This document shows positions 12,263 to 25,038 of a stretch of DNA of 64,000 bases, in pieces. The stretch's first letter is position 1; every line of letters begins with the position of its first letter. Both the position numbers and the translations under genes were made by a program. The stretch lies in assembly GCA_963733375.1 (NCBI GenBank), contig CAVTDB010000013.1:32001-96000 (forward strand), written 5' to 3'. The stretch is from Nitrospirota bacterium (GTDB lineage Bacteria > Nitrospirota > JACRHJ01). The notes under the pieces are model-generated. The model did not search any database, was not told where the DNA came from, and saw nothing but the letters and a program-made list of their open reading frames with translations.

Positions 12263-12565
12263 AGGACGATAAGCTTGCGGAATCACTGGGAAGAATTGGC
12301 CGTCTCTCTCGGCGTTAAGGTCAATTACGAAAAGATTAAAAAACACACTGCGCGCCAGCCCAAAGGCGGCCTCTGCGTCGTAAATGGCGAGCCGCGCATC
12401 ATCGTGCACCGGCCCCTTGCCGCGTCCGAGAGGGTCCAGGTCCTAATCGAGTCCCTCCAGGGATACGACCTGGAAAACGTATACATGGCCCCTGAAGTCC
12501 GCCAGGCCATCGAAGGCGCCCTGCCGCTACTCCAAAGTGGAGGTAGTTATGAACAAAGACGCTGA
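12259..12565 (+). CDS. conserved hypothetical protein
   Basis: MKDDKLAES + EELAVSLGVKVNYE..KGGLCVVNGEPRIIVH..YDLENVYMAPEVRQAIE; one indel near 12290. Confidence 0.55.
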
Positions 12566-13400
12566 TATACGGGCATACAATCTCCGCGAAAACATTCCTT
12601 TTGGAAAAAGACACCCGAAATAGATGAAAAATTCCTCGACCATCATTATTTGAATCCATCAAATCCAGCTGATACGGATACCGGATCTCTTATCTCAGGC
12701 TTTTATCATCCGCTCAAAACGCAAACATGAAGGCGGGCGTCATTGGGGGATCAATTGGCGGTGTAGAAAAACTATCGAAAGTCCTTTTTAATTTTAATCC
12801 TGCTGCCGTAACACAACATTACGGAAAAGATGAAAGGGAATTACTTGGCACTATTAAAACAGAGCTAAAACCTAATGGCACAGTCAGTGAAAAACCTCGA
12901 AGCATATGGCTTAAATATTGTCGTACCATTTTAGAGGCTGCGGAGTTTTTTTTAGATTTCCATAATGACACCCGAGTTTTATGATTGGGTTAATCATTTA
13001 CTATAAAGATGAAAAATCATTAGATGCTTTGCCGATAGATTTCTTGAAAGAAAAAATTTATGGCATACGGATTTGCTCTCGCGTGTGATTTTCTTACAGG
13101 AACTTGGATTTGTTACAATATGGAAAGCCTGATGTTCAGCATAAAAGAAATATTTGAAGCATTATCTTTCGTTGAAACCAAAGTCATCGGACGACCCAGA
13201 TTTTAACAGCTGATACAACGTATTGCCAGGCAATGTCGGCGTGACTCCTTATAATGTTGATAATGCTGTTTTGGTTAATTGGAAGTGGCAAATTTTACAA
13301 ACACCCTAATATTGCGTGTAACGCGGACGCGTTGTGAGAAGGAAGGAAATATTTATCAATTATTGAGGGAAATATGATATCCAGGACAGCTTCAACTCTA
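12549..13400 (+). CDS. low-GC HhH/EndoIII-like hypothetical protein, heavily frameshifted
   Basis: Manual reassembly across indels gives LLSSAQNANMKAGVIGGSIGG, RSIWLKYCRTIL, approximately GIGFALACDFL.ELG...YGKPDV.IK, VTPYNVD.LFWLIGSGKFY. Confidence 0.5.
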
Positions 13401-13412
13401 GAAAAAGGTGGG

Positions 13413-13628
13413 ATGCCACAGACATACTCGAAGAATTATAGATTTTGCTCAACTTGCGAATTATTGGGGCGGCAATAGAACCGTTGATAATTTTGGATTC
13501 AAAAGCATCATGTTGACTCTTTAGCTATTGAAGGAAAATGTTTATTGCAAGGCGGCCCGTGGAAAGGGCAAAACAGGCAAGCGAATATGTCCTGTAATAA
13601 ATGGGAAAAATGGGCTGCACTAAAATAA
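13413..13628 (+). CDS. small Cys/Trp-rich protein (about 70 aa), not in the ORF track because of indels
   Basis: SD-like AAAGGTGG, then MPQTYSKNYRFCSTCE(Y)WGGNRTVD...EGKCLLQGGPWKGQNRQANMSCNKWEKWAALK*. Confidence 0.5.
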
Positions 13629-13746
13629 CTCGAAAACATAAAGGTCGAACAGCTCAAAGTAACTGCACAACCAGACGTAGGCAAATCCCGAAGGACAAAA
13701 TTACGCTTTCCACGCCTTTTTCCCCCTTTTCGGCTATAATTTAATA

Positions 13747-15278
13747 ATGGCCGAACTTCCACTCATACTCCCGTACGACCAGTACAACTATGAAACTGGT
13801 CGCCAACGTGCATCCGCTCGGACTGGAAAAACCCGGAACCGGCGCCGATGTATAACCTCGTGATAATCGGCGCGGGGACCGCGGGGCTTGTCACGGCGGC
13901 AATCGCGGCGGCGGTCGGGGCGAAGGTCGCGTTGATCGAGAAGCGGCTTATCGGCGGGGACTGCCTGAACCTCGGTTGTGTGCCCTCGAAGACCATAATC
14001 AGCTCGTCCAGGATTTCCCCCGAAGAGGTAAGAGAAGCCGCAAGTCACGGGGTGAATGTAATCTGCGGCGCGGAGGCGGATTTCCCGGCGGTGATGGAGC
14101 GGATGAGGCGGCTTCGGGCGCGCATAAGCCAGCACGATTCCGCCTCTCGCTTCCAGGAGATGGGCGTCGATATTTTCCTGGGCGCGGGGAAGTTCACGGG
14201 CCGCATTCGGCGTAGTGGGAGAGAGCGAATTAAAATTTAAAAAAGCGCTAATCGCGACAGGCGCGCGGCCTTTCGTGCCGCCGGTCGAGGGATTATCGGG
14301 CGTAGGATACTTAACGAACGAAAACATATTCAACCTGACCACCCGGCCCGCGCGGTTCGGGATACTGGGGGGCGGAGCTATGGGCTGCGAGATGGCGCAG
14401 GCGTTAGAGGCTGGGCTCCCAGGTGACCATCTTGCAAAATAAGAGACTGATGGAGAAGGAGGATTCCGAGGCCTCTGCCATTATCCATGGGGTTTTCCAC
14501 AAAGAAGGCGTCCGGATTGTGCTGGGAGACAAAAAAGTAACGAAGGTCGAAGTTCGCGGCAATGAAAAAATCATATTCTGGAGGGGCCGGAAGGGGCGGG
14601 AGACAGGACCGAGGAGCTTCACGTGGACGAGCTTTTAATATCAGTCGGCCGGACGCCGAACGTCAAAGGCCTGGGGCTGGAAGACGCGGGGGTGGAGTTC
14701 GACCTCCGCTCGGGGGTGAAGGTCGATGAGCATCTCCGGAGCACGAACCACGATATCTATGCCGCGGGCGACGTATGCCTGAAATATAAGTTCACCCATA
14801 CCGCCGACGCCGCCGCAAGGGTCGTTGCCGCGACGCCTTATTTTCCGCCCGCCGAAAATTCAGCACGACTTCCGTCCCCTGGTGCACGTTTACGGACCCG
14901 GAGGTGGCGCACGTCGGGCTTTGTCCGGAAGACAGCGCTTGCGATGCCGTGGAGATGGATACGTTCACGAAAGATTTCGGCGAGATCGACCGTACGGTTT
15001 TGAAGGCGAGGAAGAGGGGTTCGTCAAGATCCACGTGAAGAAGGGGACGGACAAGATCCTGGGCGCGACAATCGTGGCCAGAAACGCGGGCGACATGATA
15101 ACCGAGATCGCACTCGCCATGCACACGGAATCGGACTGAAGGAAATCTCCAGACCATCCACCCCTACCCCACCCGCGCCGAGGCCATAAAGCGCGCGGCT
15201 GACGAATATATGGCCTCAAGCCTCACTCCCGGCATGAAGAAGTGGCTCGGCAGGTGGATGGAAATGAAACGGAAGTAA
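13747..15278 (+). CDS. FAD-dependent pyridine nucleotide-disulfide oxidoreductase (LpdA/MerA-like), frameshifted
   Basis: GAGTAG, GGDCLNLGCVPSK, LIATGARP, GGGAMGCEMAQ, GRTPNV, YAAGDV, HPYPT; no C-terminal Cys-Cys pair seen. Confidence 0.85.
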
Positions 15279-15289
15279 AATATGCCGCA

Positions 15290-15799
15290 TTAAAACAGGT
15301 TCAGAAGCTCCTCGACCGCCTTCGCCTTCCTCTGCACTTCCTCCGCCATGTTCTGCTTGTAGTCCACCAGTTTAATGGCCACTTCAGTGTCGAATGCGCC
15401 TATTATCTGCGCCGCGAGGATGCCCGCGTTCTTCGCCCCGGCCTTGCCGATCGCCATCGTCGCGACGGGTACGCCGCCCGGCATCTGCGCCGTGGAGAGG
15501 AGCGAGTCCAGGCCATTTAAAGAAGAGGAATCTATGGGCACGCCGATTACCGGCAGAGTCGTCGCAGCCGCGATAAAACCGGCCAGGTGCGCCGCCCCGC
15601 CCGCGCCCGCTATGATGACTTTTAGGCCTTTGCCAGCGGCCTCGACCGCGAATTTATGCGCCTTCTCCGGCGTCCTGTGCGCGGACGCCACCGTCACCAC
15701 GGAAGGTATCTTGAACTCGTCCAATACCCTCTTCGCCTCCTGCATAACGGATAAGTCCGAGTCCGACCCCATCACTATCCCAACTAGCGGCTGTGCCAT
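15290..15799 (-). CDS. purE: N5-CAIR mutase
   Basis: VGIVMGSDSDL, SAHRTP, AGAGGAAHLAG, PVIGVP, QMPGGVPVAT; intact 169 aa. Confidence 0.97.
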   Translation of the reverse strand: MAQPLVGIVMGSDSDLSVMQEAKRVLDEFKIPSVVTVASAHRTPEKAHKFAVEAAGKGLKVIIAGAGGAAHLAGFIAAATTLPVIGVPIDSSSLNGLDSLLSTAQMPGGVPVATMAIGKAGAKNAGILAAQIIGAFDTEVAIKLVDYKQNMAEEVQRKAKAVEELLNLF

Positions 15800-15900
15800 A
15801 TCGCCTCCTGTTTTTTCTTAAGTACAGCCCATATAGCAAATACGGCCGGTTTAATAAAGTATTTTTCTTGTGCGGGGGAGGGCAGAGGATTAAAATAAGA

Positions 15901-15990
15901 TTATTTTTGGAAATTGTGGGACCAAAAACTTTTAGGTTTTTAACCCCCCGTTTTCTTTTGCTACTTTTCTTTCCCGTGAAAAAAGCGTAG
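15901..15990. repeat. A/T-rich triplex-type doublet, degenerate (locus 3)
   Basis: ACCAAAAACTTTT...TTAACCCCCCG-TTTTCTTTT-GCTAC-TTTTCTTTC-CCGT-GAAAAAAGCGTAG, 9 nt before the addB ATG. Confidence 0.75.
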
Positions 15991-15999
15991 GGACTTAAA

Positions 16000-18949
16000 A
16001 TGACACCTAATCTACATATCCTTCCCTTCGGGCCGCCCGCATGGGAGAAGCGAAAAGAAATACTTGCCGGGATTATCGCCTCGCGCCCTGGGCCCCCGTG
16101 GGATTTCCGCGATATGCTTTACCTCGTCCCGAACGAGCGCATGGTAAAGTCGGTACGCGCGCTGTTCCTTGACGCGCTCTTTGAAAAAACGGGGGCGGCC
16201 GGCTGTATCCCGCCCGGCGTCATGGCCTTGAACCGCTTCATCCAGTCACGGGTGGACGGCACTAAAACTATCTCTCCGCTGGCCAGAAAACTTCTGCTGG
16301 AGGAGGTTTGCCAGGGTATTGCCGGTGTCCCGGGGCTGGAAGACGAGGCCCTTCTGAGGTCGCTTTCAGGGCCGGTTTCAGAGGCGCTGGAAAAGGCGTA
16401 CCTTCATAATGCCGGGGACAGTCTTCTTCACGCAAGCGACAATCCGGCGCTCTTTGCCCTGGCACGCGCAAAGAAAGAGTACGAGAGGCGTCTTTCGGAA
16501 CTGGGCCTTTTGACCGGGCGCGTCTTTTGTCCCTGTGGGAGCCGAAGCCGGAAGGTTTTCCCGAATATCGCCTGATAATACTGGACGGTTTCTACGACGC
16601 CCTGCCGCACGAGCTTCGCCTTATGAAGGCGCTTTCAAGTGGCCGGACGCTCTATTTTATCCTCGAAGCGCCCGGGCTATCCGGCGGATTATCCGCCGAA
16701 AAAGGAAACCGGCGCCGCGCCCGGCGATGCCGCGACGTCAGAACTCGGTGGCGAAGGGATGCCGTACGCGGGTACAGAGCGGCTGATTAACGAGCTGTTC
16801 CCGGGCGTGGAAATAAGGCCGGATTATCCTCCCGCCGAAGAAGACGCTCAATTACTCTCCGGGGCGGTATTCCTGGGGAGGCCGCTTCGGGAGACGGTAA
16901 AGCTTTTAAAAGCCGGAAGTCCCAAGCCTCTCAATTGGCGGATTATCTCCGCCATGACTCTCGAAGACGAAGTCGCCTTTATCGCCCGCACTATAAAGGA
17001 ACGCGCACTGGCAGGAAATTTAAACCTGGATAAGACGCTGGTCATGTTCCCGGAGCCCATACGGTACCAGCACGCCTTCAAGAAAATCTTTGACGATTAC
17101 GGCATCCCGTACAGCTTCCAGGAGACGCGGCCGCTAATCGGCGAACCCCTGGCCCAGGTCTTCCTGGACCTTCTCTCCATCCCTGCCGGGGACTACCCGT
17201 TCCGCCTGATGAGGCGCGCGTTTTACTCGCCTTTAATCACGCTTGGAGAGGCGGGAAACAAGGCCCTGGAGTTCGACCGGTACGCCCGCATTGAGGGGAT
17301 TACCGGCGGGCGGCGGCGCTGGGAGGTTTTAGCCCGTGTCGCCAAATTACCTTTTACGGCCGAGCTTAGTGCGCTCCTTGATTTACTGAAGCCCCTGGAG
17401 GCGAGGGAACTGCATCCGGCAAAATGGGCGGAACTCGCATCAAGTCTGCTGGAGCGCTCCGGGATGGCATTGAAGGCATTGAATCCCCGGAACCTGTGCC
17501 GCCGATAGAGCAGCTTCAAGGGACCCTTTCCGAGCTTCGGGCGGCCCTTAAAAACCTGACCTTGCGGGTGACGCTCGGCCGCTTCATCGGGATATTAAAA
17601 GGGGCGCTTTCCGAGGTACAGGCGAAGAGGACAGCCGACGCCTTTTCAGGCGTGCGTGTGCTGGGCAGGCTGGAGGCGTTTTCGGAAGGGTTCGATACCG
17701 TCTTCATCGCCGGCCTGAACTCAGGCTCACTGCCATCGCCTGTGCGCCGTGATTTATTTTCCCTGGATGAAAAAGGGGCAGGGTCGGCATCCTTGGACGG
17801 CAAGACCCGCGACTGCCGCCTGTTCCTGGGGCTTGTCCTGGGGGCGCGGGAAGTTTACCTGTCGTACCCGAAAGAAAGCGGCGGGAAACCTTCGACCCCG
17901 TCGCCCTGGATCATGGCGCTAAGGCCGTTCGTTATCGCGGGCGCGGCGGAAGAAATTAACGATTACTGCCGCCCCTCCGGGCTGGAGGACGCGCTGGGAG
18001 AAGAAGAATTTATACGCGCGCTATCCATGAACGGATACGGGAGTGTTGCGGCCCCTGCCTCCCCCGTCCATCACCCCCGCCCCCCGTAATCCAAAAGCGG
18101 AGGTTCTCGGTTACGGAACTGGAAGATTACATCAAGTGCCCTTACAGGTACTATCACCGCTGGGTACTCCGGGATAATCCGCCGGAGGAACCGTCCGACG
18201 ACGCGGCTCCGGACGCTTCCGGCAGGGCGGTGCATGGCATACTGGCGAAGTTTTATGCGCGGCGCAGCGGGCCGGTGCGGAAAGATGAGATAGCATAGGC
18301 ATACAAGGAGCTGTCAAAGCTTGCCGATGAACAGTTTGCCGCGCTGGCCGATACCCTGGCGAACCGGGAGGCAAAACGCAAGTTCCTGGAAAAAATCGCG
18401 CCGAAGGTCCTGGCGGCGGACGCTGAACTGCCGCCCGGCACGGTAATAAAAGATGTGGAAAAGAAAATCGAGGGAGAGCTTCCCGTCAGCGACACGGAAA
18501 CAGTTACAGTCGTCGGGAAGATAGACCGTCTTGAGCTTAGCGCAGGCGGCTCGTTTGCGGTAGTGGACTACAAGACGGGCAAATATCCCGGAAAGGAAAT
18601 CCCGCTTGAGAAGGGTTTTCAGCTCCCGCTGTATGCGTACCTGCTCCGGCAATACCTGCCGGAACAAAGGCCGTCCGCATTCATTTATTACAACTTGGGC
18701 AAGGCAGGCGAGACCCGGGACATAGTATGCTACGACACCACCGCTTCACTCCGAAAAGCGGTAAACAGCAAGCAACGCAAGCGCGAAGGCGGCGGGGAAA
18801 TGGATGAGCATATCGACAGCATAGCCGAAAAAGCGTCAAAGGCCGTGCGCGGAATAATTGCCGGTGAATTTCCCAAGGCCAATAACGAGGACGAATGCAG
18901 GTACTGCGAAGTAGCAGACGCATGTCCCGGCGCGGAAGAAGAAGAGTGA
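16000..18949 (+). CDS. addB: AddB/RexB-like PD-(D/E)XK nuclease subunit with Fe-S cysteines, frameshifted
   Basis: ORFs 16000-16575, 16639-17508, 17424-18089 and 18455-18949; FSVTELEDYIKCPYRY, GKIDRLE, VVDYKTG, FQLPLYA, CRYCEVADAC; directly upstream of a UvrD-like gene. Confidence 0.8.
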
Positions 18950-18950
18950 T

Positions 18951-19064
18951 AAATCGTTACTTTTTTCGGGAAAAAGGTAACACCAAAAGACTTTTAAGTT
19001 TGTTTTTAAAGCCCACGCTTTCTTTTGCGTTACTTTTCTTTCTCGGAAAGAAAAGTAACGGTTT
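18951..19064. repeat. A/T-rich triplex-type doublet (locus 4), between addB and addA
   Basis: CGTTACTTTTTTC-GG-GAAAAAGGTAAC-ACCAAAAG ... CTTTCTTTT-GCGTTAC-TTTTCTTTC-TCG-GAAAGAAAA-GTAACGG. Confidence 0.9.
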
Positions 19065-19067
19065 GGA

Positions 19068-22000
19068 GTGGAATCGATGAGGGTCGAAGGACAGGCAAGG
19101 GCCGCAAGGCCGGATAAATCGGCGCTGCTGAAGGCGCCGGCGGGCTCGGGCAAGACGGGCGCGCTGGTGGGGCGTCTTTTGCACCTTCTGTCCGCGGGCG
19201 CCGAGCCGCCTGATATTGCCGCCATAACTTTCACCGAGAAGGCTGCGGCGGAGATGAAGGAGCGGCTTTATAAAACCTTAAGCGACCCGGAGCTATGCCG
19301 GTTGACCGCGAAAGAGGCGCTCGAACTTCTGCCTGAAGACGCGCCATTTCCTTTGACCTTGACACTGGAAGAGATATTCTCGAAGTTAGTCCGCGAGCCG
19401 GACTCGCTTAAGGTAAGCACCATCCACGCGTTCCTGCTGGACCTGCTCAGGGCGCATCCTCTGGAGGCCGGCCTGCCGGCGGACTTCGAGGTCCTGCCGG
19501 AAACGGGCCTTCTGCTTCGGCGCGAGGCGGCGGTCGATGAAGTTATAAAGGCCCTTGAAAAAGGAGAACTGCCCCGCGAGTACAACGAGCTTTACCGCGC
19601 CGGATATGACGTAAGGAAACTCCGGGCTTTAATCTCCCTCTCGCTTGAGAAGCGGGGGGCGGTAATGCGGGCGCGCGCGAACTCTGGCGGGCTGACGCTT
19701 GAAATTGAAAGGGCCCATTCGCTGCTCCGGGAGATGACACAGTCGGGTGCCGCGCAGTCGCTGGCGATGCGGGCTTTGGAGCTTATACCGGAACTGCTGG
19801 AAGGGCCGTTTTTGGATGCGATTTCCAGGCTGTCGACGTTAAAAGACCCGGAGGAACTGCCGGACATATATGACGGACTAAAGGACCTGTTCTATAAAAA
19901 AACGGACGGCGAGCCTCTCGCCAAAATACCACCGTCAAAAAAGATTTCAAGGAGGTTTACGGCAATGAGGAGTGGGCGGCCAAGCGGGCGCGCTGGGAGG
20001 AAATATATCCGGAACTCAGGGAATCGTTCTCAGGCCTTCGCATACCTTTTCGACTCGTACGTACAGGCGGCGGCGAAGGACGCCTTCCTTAAGCTGTCCG
20101 CGCTCTCCGATAAGGTTTACAGGGCAATGTGTCTCCGGGACGGCTTCATAGACTTCGAGGACATAGAGCTTTACGCGCTGAAGCTTTTATCTTCCCGCTC
20201 CAGCGTCCGGGTCCCGAAACACCTGCTGGTGGACGAGTTCCAGGACACGTCCCAAATCCAGTGGGACCTGCTGTATAAGATGGCGGAGGAGCAGTTCTCG
20301 GGACAGGGCGTGGAAGGTCCCGGTAGCCCCACCTTCTTCGCCGTCGGAGACATTAACCAGTCCATCTACCGCTTCAGGAAGGCGGAGCCCCGGCTGATGA
20401 AAAGCTTAAGGCCGCTGATGGAGGAGCGTATTTTACCCGGAAGGCGGGATTTCCCGGAGCTCGATATTAATTTCCGCAGCGCGCCCGAGATAACCCGGTT
20501 CACGGACCAGACTTTCGCGCCGCTTCTCGGGGAGGATTACAAGGGGGGCCGGGCGGCAAGGCAAGGTTTCAAGGGAAGCGTCCGGCTCAGGGTTTCCGCC
20601 GACGAGCCGTGGGCGCTGGCGGATGAGGCGCTTCGGGCGCTCGACCTGGACGTTTGGGCGGGCGGAGGAATCCGCAAGGCTCATTTCGGGGATATGGCCG
20701 TGCTGATACAGTCCCGGACGCGGCTGAAGGAGTACGAGAGGGCGCTTCGGGAAAACGGCATCCCGTTTCAGGTATCCGGCGGCACCGGGTTTTTCCAGCA
20801 GGACGAGGTTTTAACCATCCTGTCCGTCCTCAAATTCCTGGAGAACCGTCTTGACGTCTTCTCTTTACGGCAGGCGCTTAAATCTCCGCTCTTCGGTATC
20901 CCGGAATGGATTATCCCGCCGCTAACCGGCAAAGACTTCCTGGCCGAAATCGCCGGAATTCAACCGGACGCCGCGGAGCTTTTCGAGATGTGGACCCAGG
21001 CGGCGAAGACCCTGCCGCTGTCCGAACTCGTGGACGAGGTAATAAAAACATCGTCGGCATATCCAAGGCTCGGGCGAATCGGCGGCGCGCAGGCGGTATT
21101 CAACATCGACAAGCTCTCCGGCCTCGCGCGGGAGTTCGAAGCCGGGGGGTCAAAAGGCGCGGGCGGCGGCGGGCGGCGGCCTGCATGATTTCATCCAGTG
21201 GGTGCGGGAGTACCGCCGGAGCGAGGACCTGCCCTCGGCAGGCATACGGACGGGGGACTCCAAATACCTGACGATTCTAACCGTACACTCGGCAAAGGGG
21301 CTCGAGTTTCCTATCGTGTTGCTGCCGGGCATGGGCGCGGGCACCAGGAACGGTACCGACGAAGTCCTGTTCGGCCCGCCCGGCGGGGACCTTCCTTTCG
21401 CCATAAAGACCGACTCGCTCCTGGAGCAGAACAGGGATTACCAGACGCTTAAGGACCGGGAGGCCGAAGAGCGGGCATGGGAGCGTAAAAGGCTTTTTTA
21501 CGTCGCGGTGACGAGGGCGCGCGACCATCTGGTGATGCTGTCGGATAAGCCGGAAGGAGCAAAGGATACCTTCCTGAGACTGCTTATAGACCCGGAAGCC
21601 CGTCAACTTGCCCCGCCGCCCGAATGCCTGTTCCCGGATGGCTTTTCAGCGGAGGTGCCTGAATATGATTACCCCGAATCGAGCCCTATGCAAGGGGTGA
21701 AGCAGATGCCCCTCTCCCATCCGTGGGCCACCTTGCGGCCGCGAAGGGGCCGAAGATGGAAAGATGCAATGCGCCTGAGCATGAGGGCGGGGAGAGGGGG
21801 AATATGAACGTGCCCCCGCCCGGGAACCTGGCCCCCCTGTCCGGCGGCAAAGGCGTCCGCTTCATATCGCCAAGCGCTCTTGCAGACCACGCCCTGATAA
21901 AAGCGGCGTCGCCGGAGGGCTCAATGGTTACGGGCAAGCTGGTGCACGAGGCGCTGGAATCCTTCGGCAGGACCGGCTTCTACAATTTAAGGCGGCTGAC

Positions 22001-22368
22001 CTCCTTCGGCCAGTCCTCCAGGCAGGAGGCCGCCGAGGCTGAAAAAATCCTGTCCAGCCTTCTGTCGAAGCCGCCTGATGAAAGAACTGCTCTCCGCGGG
22101 CGTCGGGAAGCATTTCGAGCTTCCGCTTCTTCTCCGGAATAAAGACGAAATAATTTACGGTTTCGCCGACCTGGTTATCGTGGCGGACGGTGTTGCTACG
22201 GTCATAGATTTCAAGACCGGCATGTCGGACGTCCCGGAAGAGCTGTGCCGCTTGGCGTACCGGCCCCAGCTTGAGGCGTACGCGGAGGCGGTACGGGAGG
22301 TTTTTGGCGTGCCGATCGTAGAGAAATACCTGCTGATTGCCGAAACCGGCAAGCTGTTAGCAGTCTAA
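19068..22368 (+). CDS. addA: AddA-like UvrD helicase/nuclease, frameshifted
   Basis: APAGSGKT, ITFTEKAAAEMKERL, LVDEFQDTS, VGDINQSIYRFR, NFRS, TVHSAKGLEFP, RLFYVAVTRARD, C-terminal ADLV..IDFKTG..QLEAY. Confidence 0.88.
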
Positions 22369-22373
22369 TTTCC

Positions 22374-22402
22374 TTTACCAAACCGGAATTTTCTGGTAAA
22401 GT
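22374..22402 (+). promoter_or_regulatory. putative gap-pgk promoter overlapping an inverted repeat
   Basis: TTTACC-17 nt-TAAAGT with TG extension; TTTACCA-N13-TGGTAAA is self-complementary. Confidence 0.45.
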
Positions 22403-22436
22403 TTTAGCTTTCTTGCCTTTTTTATCATCTTATCAT

Positions 22437-22533
22437 CTACTTTTCTTTCACGAAAAAGAAAAGTAGCAAAAGAAAACGGGACTTTAACCCCGGCTTTTCT
22501 TTGCTACTTTCTTTTCACCTGAAAAGAAAGTAG
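22437..22533. repeat. A/T-rich triplex-type doublet (locus 5), upstream of gap
   Basis: CTACTTTTCTTTC-ACGA-AAAAGAAAAGTAGC-AAAAGAAAA ... CTTTTCTTT-GCTAC-TTTCTTTTC-ACCT-GAAAAGAAA-GTAG. Confidence 0.92.
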
Positions 22534-22554
22534 GGTTTTTTTTAGTATAATTAA

Positions 22555-23601
<1,047 letters not shown>

Positions 23602-23605
23602 AATA

Positions 23606-23642
23606 CCCCCTCCCTTTGTCCCTCCCCCGCAGGCGGGGAGGG
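23606..23642. repeat. G/C-rich triplex-type repeat between gap and pgk
   Basis: CCCCCTCCC-TTTGT-CCCTCCCCC (mirror)-GCAGGC-GGGGAGGG (complement). Confidence 0.7.
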
Positions 23643-23673
23643 TCAAAAGGCGGTGATATATCCGGAGGCGCCC

Positions 23674-24876
23674 ATGAACAAGCTGACCATAGAAGACCTC
23701 GACATTAAAAACAAGCGGCTCTTTATCCGCGTGGACTTCAACGTCCCGCTGGACGAGAACCAGAACATAACCGACGACACGCGCATCCGCTCCGCGCTGC
23801 CCACCATAAACTACGCCATCGACGGAGGGGCCAAGATAATCCTGGCCTCTCACCTGGGCCGCCCGAAGGGAAAGCCGGACGTAAAGTACAGCCTTCTCCC
23901 CGTGGCGAAAAGGCTCCAGCGCCTGTTAGACCGCGAGGTGACGTTCCTGAAGGACTGCGTAGGCCCTGAGACGGAGGATGCGGTAGCGAAGATGAAGCCC
24001 GGCGACGTGGTACTGCTGGAGAACCTCCGCTTCCACGCCGAAGAAGAAACAAACGACCCGGATTTCGCGCGCAAGCTCGCCTCCCTTTGCGATTTTTACG
24101 TCAACGACGCTTTCGGAACCGCGCACCGCGCCCACGCCTCGACCGAAGGCATCACGCATTACGTCCAAAAATCCGTTGCCGGTTTCCTCCTGAAGCGCGA
24201 GGTGGACTACCTTGTAGGGGCAGTCGCAAACCCCGTCCGTCCGTTCGTCGCAATCCTGGGCGGCGCGAAGGTGTCCGGCAAGATAGGCGTCATCGAGAAC
24301 CTCCAGGACAAGGTGGACAAGGTGATAATCGGCGGCGGCATGGCGTTCACCTTCATCAAGGCGATGGGTTACGAGGTCGGGGACTCGATGGTCGAGGAGG
24401 GGATGCTGGACGTCGCGCGCCAGATACGCCTCAAGGCCAAGGAACGCGGGGTGAAGTTTTACCTGCCGGTGGACTGCGTGGTAGCGCAGTCGATGGAGGC
24501 CGGCGCGGAGACGAAGATCGTCACCTCCCAGGAGATAAAGAAGAACTGGCGGGCGCTGGATATCGGCCCGGCGTCGGTAAAGCTTTTCTCCGAGGCGCTC
24601 GGCAACGCCAAGACCATCATCTGGAACGGCCCGATGGGCGTATTCGAGATGGACGCCTATTCCAGGGGCACCATAGCAGTGGCCCATGCCGTCGCGGACT
24701 CCTACGCGCTTTCCATAGTCGGCGGCGGGGACACGGACCTTGCCGTCCATAAGGCCGGAGAGTCGGAGAACATGTCCTTCATATCCACCGGCGGAGGCGC
24801 GTCTCTGGAACTGCTGGAGGGCAAGGAGCTTCCGGGGCTTGCTTCCCTTACGGACAAGCCAGAGAAGGCAAAATAA
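23674..24876 (+). CDS. pgk: phosphoglycerate kinase
   Basis: [51 protein letters not shown]. Confidence 0.98.
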   Translation: MNKLTIEDLDIKNKRLFIRVDFNVPLDENQNITDDTRIRSALPTINYAIDGGAKIILASHLGRPKGKPDVKYSLLPVAKRLQRLLDREVTFLKDCVGPETEDAVAKMKPGDVVLLENLRFHAEEETNDPDFARKLASLCDFYVNDAFGTAHRAHASTEGITHYVQKSVAGFLLKREVDYLVGAVANPVRPFVAILGGAKVSGKIGVIENLQDKVDKVIIGGGMAFTFIKAMGYEVGDSMVEEGMLDVARQIRLKAKERGVKFYLPVDCVVAQSMEAGAETKIVTSQEIKKNWRALDIGPASVKLFSEALGNAKTIIWNGPMGVFEMDAYSRGTIAVAHAVADSYALSIVGGGDTDLAVHKAGESENMSFISTGGGASLELLEGKELPGLASLTDKPEKAK

Positions 24877-24882
24877 GAAAAG

Positions 24883-24989
24883 CCGTTACCTTTTTGGAAA
24901 AAGGTAACACCAAAAACTTTTGGGGTTAAACACCCCGGCTTTCTTTTGTGTTACTTTTCTTTCTCCCGAAAGAAAAGTAACGAGTTTAA
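24883..24989. repeat. A/T-rich triplex-type doublet (locus 6)
   Basis: CCGTTACCTTTTT-GG-AAAAAGGTAAC-ACCAAAAAC ... CTTTCTTTT-GTGTTAC-TTTTCTTTC-TCCC-GAAAGAAAA-GTAACG. Confidence 0.92.
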
Positions 24990-25038
24990 GCTTTTCGCCC
25001 CAGCAGACCTGGGGCATTTTTTTCTGGGGGACCTCGGA

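Noticed and set aside
24946-25038. N-terminal extensions and short ORFs reading through the repeats (FSFSRKKS-type peptides at 24946, 58883, 11996)
   Set aside because: These are translations of the non-coding repeat; better starts lie downstream.
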